Origin: Oculina patagonica
Lineage: Eukaryota
Length of the DNA stretch: 64,000 nt
Assembly: GCF_052425735.1 (NCBI RefSeq)
Contig: NC_135769.1
Location: 10,044,001 to 10,108,000 of the forward strand
Direction of reading: 5' to 3'
Below, one piece after another: positions 26,770-38,640 of this stretch. The translations under genes were made by a program, and so were the position numbers. The notes beneath the pieces are model-generated. The model did not search any database. It was not told the origin of the DNA and worked only from the letters and a program-made list of their open reading frames with translations. Numbering within the stretch: the first letter of the stretch is position 1; each line of letters starts with the position of its first letter.

Positions 26770-27590
26770 ATCTTTGTACCAGCTCCTTTCTGTGATATTT
26801 CCTGAAAACCCAAAATGAGTCCAAAATCCGTAATTTACAATACTAAGCGAGACGACAAGCATTCCCTTCCCCTTCATATGGGAGACCCCGGGGGGTAGGC
26901 TTAGCCACAATCCTTCGTGTCGCTGGCTAGTCTAATTAAAAGCGGTCACCCTAGCCTTGGAAGGAATGGGCAAGTAGCCGCTATATAGAGGTATACTACG
27001 ATTTTATAAGGGTCAGCTGAGTAGGCGAGCACGCGTGCCTGCGACAAAATAGCCTCGCGCGAAGTGTTTTTTCCGCGCACTCGCAATCTGGCCCTGTGAA
27101 AAAACGAGGGACTACTCGGGTCTTTTAAATAATAGGGGTTGGTCACTTGATTGACGTTTGTCAGTTATTAGCATTGGGTGTTATGAAAACGTCTTTTCAT
27201 TTAAGTATAAGTACAGACAATAACACATTGGGCCCTAGAACGAACTACAAACTATATTATTTTGAGTAAACAGTAAACAGAAACGAACTCAGTCTATTTT
27301 AATAGGGTTAACAAGTGCTTTTTCAATGGAAAGTGACATCGGTGCTTTATTATGATTGCAATCAACGTACAGTATAACAACAATACGGTAACGGTTTGAT
27401 GTATTTTGCCTGCCTAAGGGATGAAAAATACGATCGGCCTAGTTACCATATGAACTGCCATTAAAAAAACAACAACAAAGTTTTGCAAAAACTGACTCTT
27501 TCCAAGTTGTTGCCCGAAGGGAAAAAAGTTGCTCGAAAAATGAAAGTTGCCAAAACGCTTGTGAACAGCCCTTAACATACCATAAGAACA

Positions 27591-29183
27591 TCACGCACAG
27601 TCCAAAAGGGCAAACACCCTGCACGGTCCCCCACTTCCTCCGCGGATGAACATTGGTGCTGCATACACTGTAAAACCTTTTACGGGTAGCTGGTCCATGT
27701 TGGCGACATTTTCTAGGCCAGGGATGTTTTCTTTGTAGAGGATTTGATGGGATTCAAACATTTTTGATTGCCCATAATCAACTGATGTAGTGTCTATTCC
27801 CACTAGCTTAATCTTTCGATTTTTGACCAACCAGCGAGAGGCATCTGGGTGTATACCTGCAGACAAAAACATTATTGTTAGCTGTTTAAGAGCCATTACA
27901 CACAAAAATCGACATCTCGACAAGTTAAGCTACTTCTCATGAATGCAACCAAGAGTTACAACAAATCTATACCTATAACTATTTTGCGCGGTATGATTGG
28001 TCACTTCGTCTTCATTATATATAGCTCCATAATGCACGCGGCTTACGTCACGCGCATGCTTTACCGAGTTATAATGTACGCGGCTTACGGCACGCGTTTG
28101 AGCGGGCGTAATTTTTTAACATTTTACAAAAGAAATAAAAAACTTTCTCCTCGTGCATTGTTGAGTTAAATAAGCACTTGGGAATTTTTAAGAACACTTG
28201 GGAAGTTCGTTAAGCACTCGGCTGCGCCTAGTGCTTCTCTATGCACTTCTCTCGTGTTCATAAAACTCTCCGCGTGCTTATATAACTCAATTATGCACTC
28301 GGGTGCGTTTTTTTCAGCAGCCACAATAACAATAACAACAACAACGCATTTTTTTTAATCTCACACCTGGAAAATGCAACAAGCTAAGGTCATCTGTGTC
28401 AGTTCCGAGGTACTTTTTCTTGTCTGGCCAATGTCTTCCCCAATTAGTAAATACCAACAATATCACATCATCAGGGATCCTTCCGTGCTTTTTTTCCCAG
28501 GCCTCCAAATCACTTGTCATCAGCTGGGCATCAGGATTCTTGAAGAGAATCGAAAGAGTTTATGACAGTTACGTCAGAGGTAAAATGTACCACGTGACTG
28601 ACCGGCAAACTAAGGAAGTCATAAATAAATCCAGGTGATGGAGCAGATCTTATCTCACAACGCTCAACACCATTGCAGCTAACTTAAAGAAGGGAAGGAA
28701 GAAAGACGTGCAGCGTATCTTTAATATGCAATGTGAAGGAAAATATTTCTGGTCTATAAAGTCTCCTAAGTCAAAAAAATATAATCTTGGAAAGTCATCA
28801 CCTAACTAAATTGATTAACTTCCAAATAAAATTCATTTTACCTGGGCAGCTTTTGAAGATATATCTATCTTGATTGCAGGTCCAATGAGCTGATCAAGAG
28901 GAATTTCATGTGTTGTCCATTTGCCCTCAGCAAAATGACTCGGAGAGTCGAGATGAGTGCCTCCGTGTTCGGCGCCGCTAATGTCATTCACTGAGTAGTA
29001 ATAGCCATCATCAGTATAACCGTCAAACACTTTGGTATGCTTGAACTTGAGTGAGGTGGGCCAGTAAATGGTCTCATTGTCAAATGGATAAGAGAGCTCG
29101 ATCCACTCTTGTTTTAGTGGTCCTCCCAGGACTGGAAACCAAAACAGTGCGCTTAACGCTAGCTTTATAACAAGTGTTGTCAT
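27591..29183 (-). CDS. Cyclase-family paralog 4, intact 259 aa, secreted form without C-terminal tail
   Basis: Exons 29183-28842, 28538-28367 and 27856-27591 (780 nt). Signal-like MTTLVIKLALSALFWFPVLG; EHGGTHLDSPSHF; ends CRVFALLDCA*. Confidence 0.92.
28018..28312 (+). mobile_element. Hairpin element of the same class in the paralog 4 intron
   Basis: Long hairpin centred on GCACTCGGCTGCGCCTAGTGC. Absent from the paralog 5 intron. Confidence 0.6.
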
Positions 29184-29344
29184 TATTCCTGTCGAGACAG
29201 CAGAAAACAAGTTAGTCGACGCCACAGGTCTTATAAATGGTCGCAATGATGGTTTACAAATTATAACGCAAGTTGGGAACTATTGGAAAATCTGCTAGCT
29301 CGACTTAATAATCAAGTAGCCTGCGAGCAGGCTTCCAAATGGGG

Positions 29345-30578
29345 GAGGCTATTCTGCGAGCCTGCGAGCCCGAGCCTTTTTTTGCGAGCCGCGAGTCTCT
29401 TTTTGCGAGCCCCGAACGTTTACCGCCAAAAAATCCCAATATCCTATTATAGCCTTTATAAATGATCCTTCAACATGTTCAACCAGGTTCAAATGCGAGC
29501 CGAAATATTTCTGCCGTTCAGTATTTCTTTCCTGTCGGCGAAGAGATAGGGGCGAAGCGTCCGTGTGTAAACAATAGTCGCGCTAATGTAACAAATTGTC
29601 TCTCCAAACTCTTTGTACATTTCCTGTTGTTTTAAGGAACATACACCTTGAAGGACAACTTTAAGACAGCAGAGACGGCGTAGATAAAAAGTAAATAAGA
29701 ATCGTGGAGGGCTAAGGTTTAATTTATGGCCTCGCTTTTGTCATGTTTATTTGACCTTTCGTCGCGCTTTTTGTTAAAACGTCGCTCCCACAAATAGAGC
29801 TGGACCATTTCACGATTTAAGTCACCTATGCAATAGAAACAGAACCAGTAATATTGTCATAACGCTTTCAAAAGACTTGAATAATACACCGGCTGGCCTT
29901 GACAAACTGAACGAAGAATCGGTTCGTGACTGAATAACTGTAAATCTCAGCAAATCCCTTCGCAACTTAGGATGTCACGCGAATGAATTCTAACTTAATC
30001 AAGAAATCGAATAATATCAGAAAATGTAAAGCTATAACCTTTAATAAAGCTAAAACCAGCAATTTCAACCTACTCCTTCAAGAAAGTTAAAAACAACATG
30101 AAATAAAATGAAGGTCATTGACAAGTTGTTTTATACACACGCATTCGGCAGACTAGTTCGACGTACTCCAAGAAATATTTAATTAACTTTCTGAATCAAA
30201 AGCTGACTTTCTAGGGGTGCGGGCAGGCCTATGGCTTTAATCACCTCATTTCCTTTAGACATGTTTCTCGCTTTTGAAGTGAAAAAAAGAAGCCGCGACC
30301 CAGCTTGGTACCGATGATGCGACACTATTTACAAGGACTTCATCGTAGCATGTCACGCGATTCGGTTTCGCGGTAAATTGAAAGGACCTGCAAGGTGTAC
30401 TCGTATTTCAATCGTCGTATAATTTCAACGTAATACTTTGCTTGTTTATGGGGGAATTTGCGTTTAAATTCTGGTAAAAATGAAAAAATATGACAGAAAA
30501 AAAGTGGCTCGCAAAAAGAGGCTCGCGGCTCGTGGCTCGTGGCTCCGGCTCGCAGGCTCGCACATTAGTTACTCTCCT
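29345..30578. mobile_element. Non-autonomous DNA transposon with GCGAGCC subterminal repeats, nested in a small MITE
   Basis: Inverted GCGAGCC arrays at both ends. The paralogous site at about 44270 is empty. Confidence 0.7.
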
Positions 30579-32324
30579 TTGGGGCAGGGCAAAAAAGATC
30601 GACCGGAGAGCTAATTCACAGGCCAATGATCAAGTGATTGGTTTTCAAAGAAACTGTTTTGCTGCGTCAGCGTGCAGATCAGTGAAAGTTTTAGTTGATT
30701 CGACACTTGTAACGTCCGAATTTGACTCTCACTGAATTAAATGTTAATCTTATAAGTCATTAGAAGTTGAGAATAGGGAAGATATTTGTTTAATACAAAC
30801 ATTTTCTTTGTTATTTAAATGTACAACAAGTTAAACAAAATAACTCTTTGTTTCACTAGCCTATAGTTCTATGGTTGGCACATTAATAACAATAGATGAC
30901 GTCAACGATATCTTTGCTGTAATCAATCGATACTGTGCTGAATTTTCAAGTTACAAGTTGTTAGAAATGTATTTTCCGCTGGTATTCAGAGTAATTAGTT
31001 ATGCTAAATTCTTTTGCACTTGGTGTCGCACGTTTACGTGCGATACAAAACCTGTGATTGGTTAGTTCCTGATATTTATATTTTCTTCGACCGTTGAATA
31101 TTCACTCACGCTTACGATCCACGCAGTTTAATACTTCGCTATATAACCCACCCTCCCACCCAGCTTACTGCAGTCTTTGTTATTTTTGGTTTATAGACCG
31201 AATGGATGCTCGTTACGAAGGCTTCAAACGCCTCATATGTGTGAGATACAGCCACTGGGCCAAAGGTCGCTAATCTGCCTTCTGACCAGGATGCTACAGT
31301 TATCAGTCCAAAAGTAATCCTCCTTCCCAGGACCTTCCTACAATAAGTCAACAGGAATTCAGTAAAACCAGTCAGTTATTTAAAAGTGTTGAAGAGGACT
31401 AGCGCAGGTATAAGGAATTGTAGAAAAACTTTATTTAGTGGAAACTAAGTGCATGTTTCTAAAACGGGAATCTCAAATCTATCGGCGGTCCTTATTTTAT
31501 CTTGTGTATAATTGAAACCATTCGCCAGTTTACCTGAGCTCGTAACCTGAGACGCTATGCTGATTTCGAGGACCAAGCTAAGTGCATTGTTCTTAAATTC
31601 AACCGTGAGCTTGTTCTTTCTAGTCGTGTTTGTGAAGGGTCCCATCAAGCCTTGGTAGTTAACCCTAACCTTTATCAGTGTCAATACTACTATGTGGTAA
31701 TAAGTGGTTAATTTTTTACTTACGCACGCCACACAAGTAAGTGTCTTGTTAAGCAATGGTAAAATACGAAGACTGGAAGCTTGCTCTTGCTTATTTTTTC
31801 AAGGATTCTTACGTGTTTTCCTTCCATCTTAAACGGGTATCATAATGTTGAAATTTTACAGGAACATCAACTTTCCTGGGATTTTCCTAGCGAGCACCTG
31901 ATTCCGGGGTTTAGTATTTTATGTCTTTACCGTCCTTCCGTTTGGATTGTCAACCGTCTTTTTTGTATTCACAAAGCTCTTAAAAGCCTTCGAGATACAT
32001 TGGAGATTACAGGTTATTTTTATAGCCATTTTTATAGATGACAGTTAGGCCACAGTTCAAGAAGGACAGGGCTGTTGCATTACGACGTACGCTGTAAGAA
32101 AGGATTTGACCAGTGCAGGATTTATAAATCGGTATGGGAATCCACCCATAATTTAAACTTGTTAGGTATCACTCGGAATTCGGTTTTGGGCACTTGGAAA
32201 TCGTAGACAGTAAGATTACTAAGATTTTGACATCATTGATCAATTATCGACTCGGAGTTTTTGGTCTCTGCGAGAAGTTTGGCTTCCTTCATGGGGCAAA
32301 TTATTTTCACTTGACTTTTGGTTG

Positions 32325-32490
32325 NNNNNNNNNNNNNNNNNNNNNNNNNNNNNNNNNNNNNNNNNNNNNNNNNNNNNNNNNNNNNNNNNNNNNNNNNNNN
32401 NNNNNNNNNNNNNNNNNNNNNNNNNNNNNNNNNNNNNNNNNNNNNNNNNNNNNNNNNNNNNNNNNNNNNNNNNNNNNNNNNNNNNNNNNN
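32325..32490. other. Assembly gap (166 N)
   Basis: Run of N. Confidence 1.
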
Positions 32491-33521
32491 GTTCGCCTTG
32501 TGCAATGACCATTGGGATTTAGAATTTCGCCAAGATTATTACTGCAAGAAGGAATTGTATTTTTGGAAAAGTAATCTCATGAATATTAACAGCAGACACT
32601 GTTTTGTGAGTAATTGTGCTAGTTATTCTGTCGCGAGCGTTACCGGTTGCGGTTCTGTTATTGGTTTTATAGCGGTTACGTGTGCCAGATAATGTGAGCA
32701 GAGTTTAAAGGCTTGCTATGTAGAGGGAACTATATGCAATGGAATTTTCCTTACGATAATTTGCTCCAGTGCTTTTAAGGAAACACGTCAAACGATTTAT
32801 GATAATTAAGCCGCTGCCTCAACCGGTGAATTGGGCTGTATGGAATTAGAATTTCGCAGAATGGCGAGAAGTGTCTTCGATATTTGTATTCAGTCACGGA
32901 TCTACTTAGAAGTACAATGGGCTCTAATCAACAGGCCGTTTATACAAGGCGCTTATTGGACACTTATGATTGGTAGACTATCGATGATTTATTTTCTGTC
33001 TCTAGATGCACGTTAGGGACCGCATTCTGTAGACTGTTTCGCTAGTTATTAGAAACATAAGCTGCCCAGATTCTTTTCTTGGTTTTGGAATCCCAATACG
33101 CCGGGAGTTGACTTATTAATTCAACCTCACAGGGGAGAAACTTGTTAGGTTTTGGGTGGTCCCGACCGTTTCTATCATCCCGACGGTTCCACTTTACATG
33201 AAGTGTCTAAAGGCTGTTGGTTCTACCCTTTTTGGCCTTCGGCTCATTATTGGTCTCTTGTTACGAATAAGTATTCGCTAAAAGCATGTATGTTGGAAAA
33301 CAGTCTTTCACCCGTGGTAGGAATCTAAATTCCCTTTTGCATCCCAGCACTTTTAAAGGGGTATGTGCACGACATTGCCCTTAGAATAGACTTTCTTGAC
33401 TAAGCTTTACCTACGGAAGCAGGCACTTGCCACAACCGACGGTGACAGCATCCATACATTGTTTATATTTTGATTAGCATCCGTGTTTTGCTTCAATTGA
33501 CTAAGTAGCTTTTTCGTGTAA

Positions 33522-33955
33522 ATGGTGACTGCACCTGTTTATGATATCGTTTGGGCGTTGGTCTTACTGGAGAGTGACTGCACCCTTTTGAATGTACAGG
33601 ATTATCAGAGTTATGATCTCGTAGGCACAGGCCTTATTGTAAGGTGGCATTACTCGCCTTGCTTAAGCTTTAGGTGACTGCACCTGTTATTGTTATTGTT
33701 TGGGCGCTGGCCTTACTAGAGGGTGACTGCACCCGTTCGAATGTATGAGGTAATCAGTTCTTATCTTGCAAGCACAGGCTTTATAGTAAGGTAGCATTAC
33801 TCGTCTTGCTTTAGGTGACTGCACCTGTTATTGTTTTTGTTTGGGCGCTGGCCTTACTAGATTGAATGTATGAGGTTATCAGTTCTGATCTTGTAGGCAC
33901 TGGCTTTATCGAAAGGTGGCATTATTAGCGTTGTCATAGGTGACTGCACCTTCTT
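33522..33955 (+). repeat. Tandem repeat of about 125-150 bp (GGTGACTGCACC-anchored), about 3.2 units, inside the DIRS-like element
   Basis: Units start near 33523, 33672, 33814 and 33939. Confidence 0.8.
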
Positions 33956-34868
33956 ATTATGGGCGTTTAAATATTGAAATACGTGATCTTCTATTTATGT
34001 ACTGCACCAACCTTAAATTCCACCCCCCCCCCCCCCCTTTACTTTATAGTGTTTTGCTATTTTGTTTTTTCAGGTATTTAATTCAAGTAGAGCATTGGAG
34101 CCAGTCCTCTTTTGACCTTCTTCAAACTTTGATCAGATCATAAGGGTGATGGCACAGTCTCGATCCAACTCTAGTTATGGAAGTGAAGCCTTTTTCTCAG
34201 ATCATTAGACCATTTATTGATTCCTGCAACAAGGAAGGTTCTAATTTAAAGGACCTTAGGGAACTGCTTTATGTTCAGTTGCCTTCGCCGGATTTCTCTG
34301 TTGTATTTAGTTACGTAATATTGTTCCCAGCCATAATGAATTTTTTAGTGAGTACATAACGATGTTTGTGCCTCGTAGTAAGACCGAACTTTACAGGGAG
34401 GGTTGACTATGTCTATATCATTTAATCGGGATCTCGATACTGCCCCATTAGTGTTCTAAGAAGGTATATGAATTTAGTTGGTATTGATGCTAATAATAAT
34501 CTCCCTTTGTTTAGACCACTTGTTTTTCACAGGAGCAACGCAGTTATACGCTAAGAGATGGAAGAAATCTCCTATATTTCATGCAGGGAAATTCTTAGGT
34601 TTCAACCCGGACGACTACGGTATCCATAGTTTGAAGCTCCGTGGGGATAACACCCGTTCTTTGTAACAGCAAATCGGTTCTGAAATGCACTTGAAAGTAC
34701 ATGGCAAATGGAAGACGGACACTGCCAAAGATATGTACGTCGAAGAAAGCCTCGATAACAGGCAACAAGAAACAAAGTATTAAGGACTTTAATTATGTTA
34801 TTTTATCTAAGTTCTGATATTTCTACCAGTAATTTATACTGAAATGTAACCACTCATGATTTTTCTTA

Positions 34869-34899
<31 letters not shown>

Positions 34900-35639
34900 T
34901 TCTTTCTGCAACTTGTAAAACGTTTTAATAATGTATTAAACTGTCTGGATCCGCTTGCGAATCCTGCCATATTTCTTGTTTGCCTGATTGTTTACGGGAA
35001 TTTAAGGGTAAAATTATTTACGTTCGGTTGAGCGAAGCGAATTAGAACGTAAGTTCATTTCTTATCTGGCCTCTCTTCTCGCACCTCGCGCTTCTTGCTC
35101 GAACTCCCCTTCTCCTTCCCCTTTGAACGCCGGCCGGCCACGCAGGCTATCAGTACTGATAAGTTAAAATCTCCAACAGTTATTTAAAGTCCTAAGTTAA
35201 AAATGCAAATTCTTATTTTTTTATCGATGACGGTATCGTATGTCGCGTTGCGAATGTCACGCTATAATATAACGCAACTTTTGTCGAGCAACAAAAGTAG
35301 CTCCTGAAAAGTAGCTAAATTTTAACTCAGCTTTAGCAAAGAAGCTCCGTCAAGCTAGCTTATGTACTGCTGCCCCCCTCCCCTACACACAGGCTACGTC
35401 GAGCTCCTTGTTTGAAGAAGGTCAAGGAGAAACAAAGTTGTAATAACTCCGAATAGTCTGTAGTTTTTAAAATCAAAATCGTCTTTTAGAACAGCTATAG
35501 CGGATGGAAAGTAGAGAATTATCTCTAGGGAAATTTAGAAAGCTGTAAGATAACCAAGGAGTTTTCTTTTAAACGTTTACTGACGTTTGCCCTAGAAAGG
35601 AAATCGGGGACCACACCGTGACACGATGACACGAGGCTA

Positions 35640-35730
35640 AGAAAACTCCTTGACCTCGGGGGTATTCGAAACCAAGACCTCCGGATTACATCTGTTTACC
35701 TTTGCTCTACCGACTGAACTACTAGGCCAG
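35640..35730 (-). mobile_element. tRNA-derived SINE head (paralogous copy at about 48025-48120)
   Basis: TAGTTCAGTCGGTAGAGC (A box-like) and GGTTTCGAATACC (B box-like); no intact cloverleaf. Confidence 0.55.
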
Positions 35731-36479
35731 ATGTGACTTATTAAGGTGTCTAAGGTGGCAATTTGTGGCAAGGTAAAGCAGCCGCTTCGCCGTCCTGGTT
35801 CGCACTGCGCAATATTGTAGGTATGAGGTTCGAACAAATACACGTATTGTTTGAAGATTTTCTCAGCTATTCAAAACGTTTTTTAATTTACAGCCGAATG
35901 TTTTATTCCTCAGCATTTGGCCTGAGGCAAATTTGTTCCGGACTGCAATTCTAGTTCTAGATAGACCAACCATTTTACCAACAGAGCACCAGCACATCCG
36001 TGAGAACAAGTCCAGTCTCTAACTTACCGAACCGGCCGAGACCAGACTGAGACCTATCCGAGGGCGACAGCCGCACAGATAGAGTCACCGCTTCGAGTCG
36101 AGGCGCCCAAAAGTGCGTTCAGTTGAGGGTCGCAAGGACTTTAAGCAAATGAAAGCGGACGGCGACAGGGACGCAGAAGCTGAGGTGAGGGGGTTGGGGA
36201 GTGTGGGCAAGAGGCGGGGATTTGTGGTTATTGCTCATCGGAAAGATTTTTTTTCTGACACTTCAAACTGCGATTTAGGGTGCTTCTGCTCTCTTAGTTC
36301 TTCATGTGGTGCATAGAAGTTGTTTGTGTGATTGATGTTTGCCAGAAATTAGCACTGGGTGTGATGGAAACAGGCATAACCGAGCGCGGATTCTGATAGA
36401 GAGTCGCGAGTGGGAGGATTGGGAGCGAGTGCGTAGCATGAGTGGGAGGATTGGGAGCAAGCGCGAACGGTGGGTGATC

Positions 36480-37929
36480 CAATCTCGAGCCCAGAGTGAC
36501 CCCCGGCTCCGCGATCCGTCAGCGGTTGGTCAGCGGTAGGGTCGCCGGGACTCACTCTGGGAAACTGAATTTTAATTCAGTTGCCTACTGGTCCTAACAG
36601 AACAATAGAAATCAACACGGAAGTCTGAAAATCTTCCCCGGAACTAAACCAAACCGGAAACCCAGGAAAAACTTTTTTTTTTGTTTTCCATAGGCCGTTT
36701 TACGGATACGGCGGCCACAATGATTTTGCCCCCTTCGCATCCTATAATGCTCATTGAAATGATTTATTCTTTTATTGTGATAATTCTGCAATTACCATAA
36801 TAAAAGAAAAAATATATATTATAGGATGCGAAGGGGGCAAAGAGGATATCTGTAAAACGGCCTATGGTCAAATGTTCAGAAGTATCACCTTAATTTTGCA
36901 AAACACCTAAGAACTCGTGATATGGCGCTACATAAATGAAGCATTATCTAATTCTACCTTTCTTTTTGAACTCAAAAGATATCATGAACAAAAAAGGACT
37001 TCCTTTAAACGTCAATTCTGAACGGAGTTTTAAAACAACAACGACGGCGTCACCAAGGACAAGGTCAATTGAAAATTCAATTTATAGTTGACTTACAAAT
37101 CTCGCTAGAACTACTGTTTTCATTCAAATCTCCGTTTCGGTTGAAAAACTGATTATCGCAGACAGTGCTCGATTCAAAATAACAACTAATAACGCAGAAT
37201 TTGAATATTACGCGTTGTTGTTTTGCTGAAGATAAAAAAATGTACAATTGCGTGCACGTGAATTTTGTGCACGCGCTGAGTCGCCGAAATGCTAATTACA
37301 CCTTTTGAATAGCGTTGACCAGTGTGGCCTTTAACACCTTTATAAATATTACCGCCATTCGACGAAGAAAAAAATATTTGCTCAAAAACATGCATTCTAT
37401 CCTAAAAAGATGCGCTGTCAGCGAGAAGCCTCTGAAATATACGAAAGTTGCCAAACAAAAATTTTTATCAACGGAACAATAGCTTGTTCGTGCATTGTGC
37501 ATTATGTAAATTTCTTAGCCGTCGTCTGCAAAAAAAGACAGACACATACACGCAGTCTTCACAGACGGAATCCTGGAAGGTTAACAAGACAAATATAGCA
37601 GTATCCTCAAGAAAGAGACTAAAGGAAATCAAAACACCAGACGCTCTTTTGTTAACTCTCTCTTTTGTTAACTGCAGAACGTTTTTGTTACTTTTGTTGA
37701 TTCGACAAAAACCAGTTCTGTCGAAACTGTGTTAGAAATAGTTCAACTTTCTCGATTTACTTCCGTTCTGGGAAATTTACTTCCGCTTAGACCTAAGAGC
37801 ATGCGCAATAAAAACCGGAAGACCAAGGTTCTACCTGAAATCGACCTGAAATTGATCTGATCAATTCCAGTTTCCCAGAGTCCGTCCCGTACCGCTGACC
37901 GACATTGACGGACTCTGGGCTCGAGATTG
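36480..37929. mobile_element. 1.45-kb non-autonomous DNA transposon with 9-bp TSD (Mutator-like)
   Basis: TIR CAATCTCGAGCCCAGAGT...ACTCTGGGCTCGAGATTG. TGGGTGATC at 36471-36479 and 37930-37938. Contains a nested palindromic MITE at about 36689-36867. Confidence 0.8.
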
Positions 37930-38223
37930 TGGGTGATCCCCAAAGATCGCGAGCGACTGGGGACGAGGTAGAACGGAAGGTGGAAGATGGTTTTCCATGT
38001 TCTATATAAAAAGGTACCCGCTTAAACTCCATTCCATAAATACAGAGGGAATAATTATTCTTATTCAGTATACATGTAAGTACAGTCATATTCGGGACGT
38101 GCTTTTGACAATAAAATGGGTCAGCATGCAGCAAGTGCTTTTTTAATGGAAGGTGACATCAGTGTCTTAATATTGTAATTCCAATACACATACAGTATAT
38201 TAACAGCAATATGTAGAGGTTTG

Positions 38224-38439
38224 GTTTGTATCTGATTTAAAAATCGGTTTAAAAATGTTGGTAAAAAACATATAAAACTGAATTTTCGGTAGCTCTCTGC
38301 TACCTTCATCAGAGTTAAAATTTAAGAGAGCTACCGAAAATTCAGTTTTATACGTTTTTTACCAACATTTTTAAACCGATTTTTAAGATCAGATACAAAC
38401 CAAATTTTTATTATGTCAAACACTGATCGCCCTAATAAC
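38224..38439 (-). mobile_element. Miniature Penelope-like insertion (inverted pLTR fragments plus tail) with 13-bp TSD
   Basis: ATGTAGAGGTTTG at 38211-38223 and 38440-38452. Arms about 38220-38297 and 38326-38404. Empty site in paralog 4 at about 27385. Confidence 0.8.
38276..38316 (-). ncRNA. Minimal type I hammerhead ribozyme
   Basis: AACT-CTGATGA-A-GGTAGC-agaga-GCTACC-GAAA-AT-TC^AGTT. Stem I AACT/AGTT, 6-bp stem II, palindromic AAUU stem III. Confidence 0.8.
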
Positions 38440-38640
38440 ATGTAGAGGTTTGACTGTACTTTGCCTGCCTAAGGGATGAAAACTACGGGTGGACTCGTTT
38501 GAAAAGACATTAAAATATTGAAGTAAAAGAAACATTTTGTAACTGATTCGTTCCCTGTTGCCTTTATAATGAAAATCGTAATACGCCGTGTTCTGAAATG
38601 CTGCTTGTTTATGTGACTGGTTAACCATATCACGTGTATA

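Larger units (their letters stand above)
31000..35050 (+). mobile_element. Decayed DIRS/Ngaro-type tyrosine-recombinase retrotransposon
   Basis: RT remnants (LNGYHNVEI..HQ..GF near 31830; AIFIDD near 32030). RNaseH-like ELYFWKSNL...ASVTGCG and RELYA. Methyltransferase-like GPHSVDCFA...KLPRFFS.FWNP near 33020-33110. Recombinase LGFNPDDYGIHSL and LKVHGKWKTDTAKDMYV near 34590-34745. Boundaries are approximate. Confidence 0.75.

Noticed and set aside
33522-33955. Regularly spaced GGTGACTGCACC motifs as a CRISPR-like array
   Set aside because: The intervening sequences are homologous to one another, so this is a tandem repeat; eukaryotic context and no cas genes.
35640-35730. tRNA gene
   Set aside because: Only degenerate A/B boxes with no proper acceptor or anticodon stems; treated as a SINE.
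38500-38640. Vestige of a GPI-tail coding sequence after the stops of paralogs 4 and 5
   Set aside because: Only a few matching bases; not distinguishable from chance.
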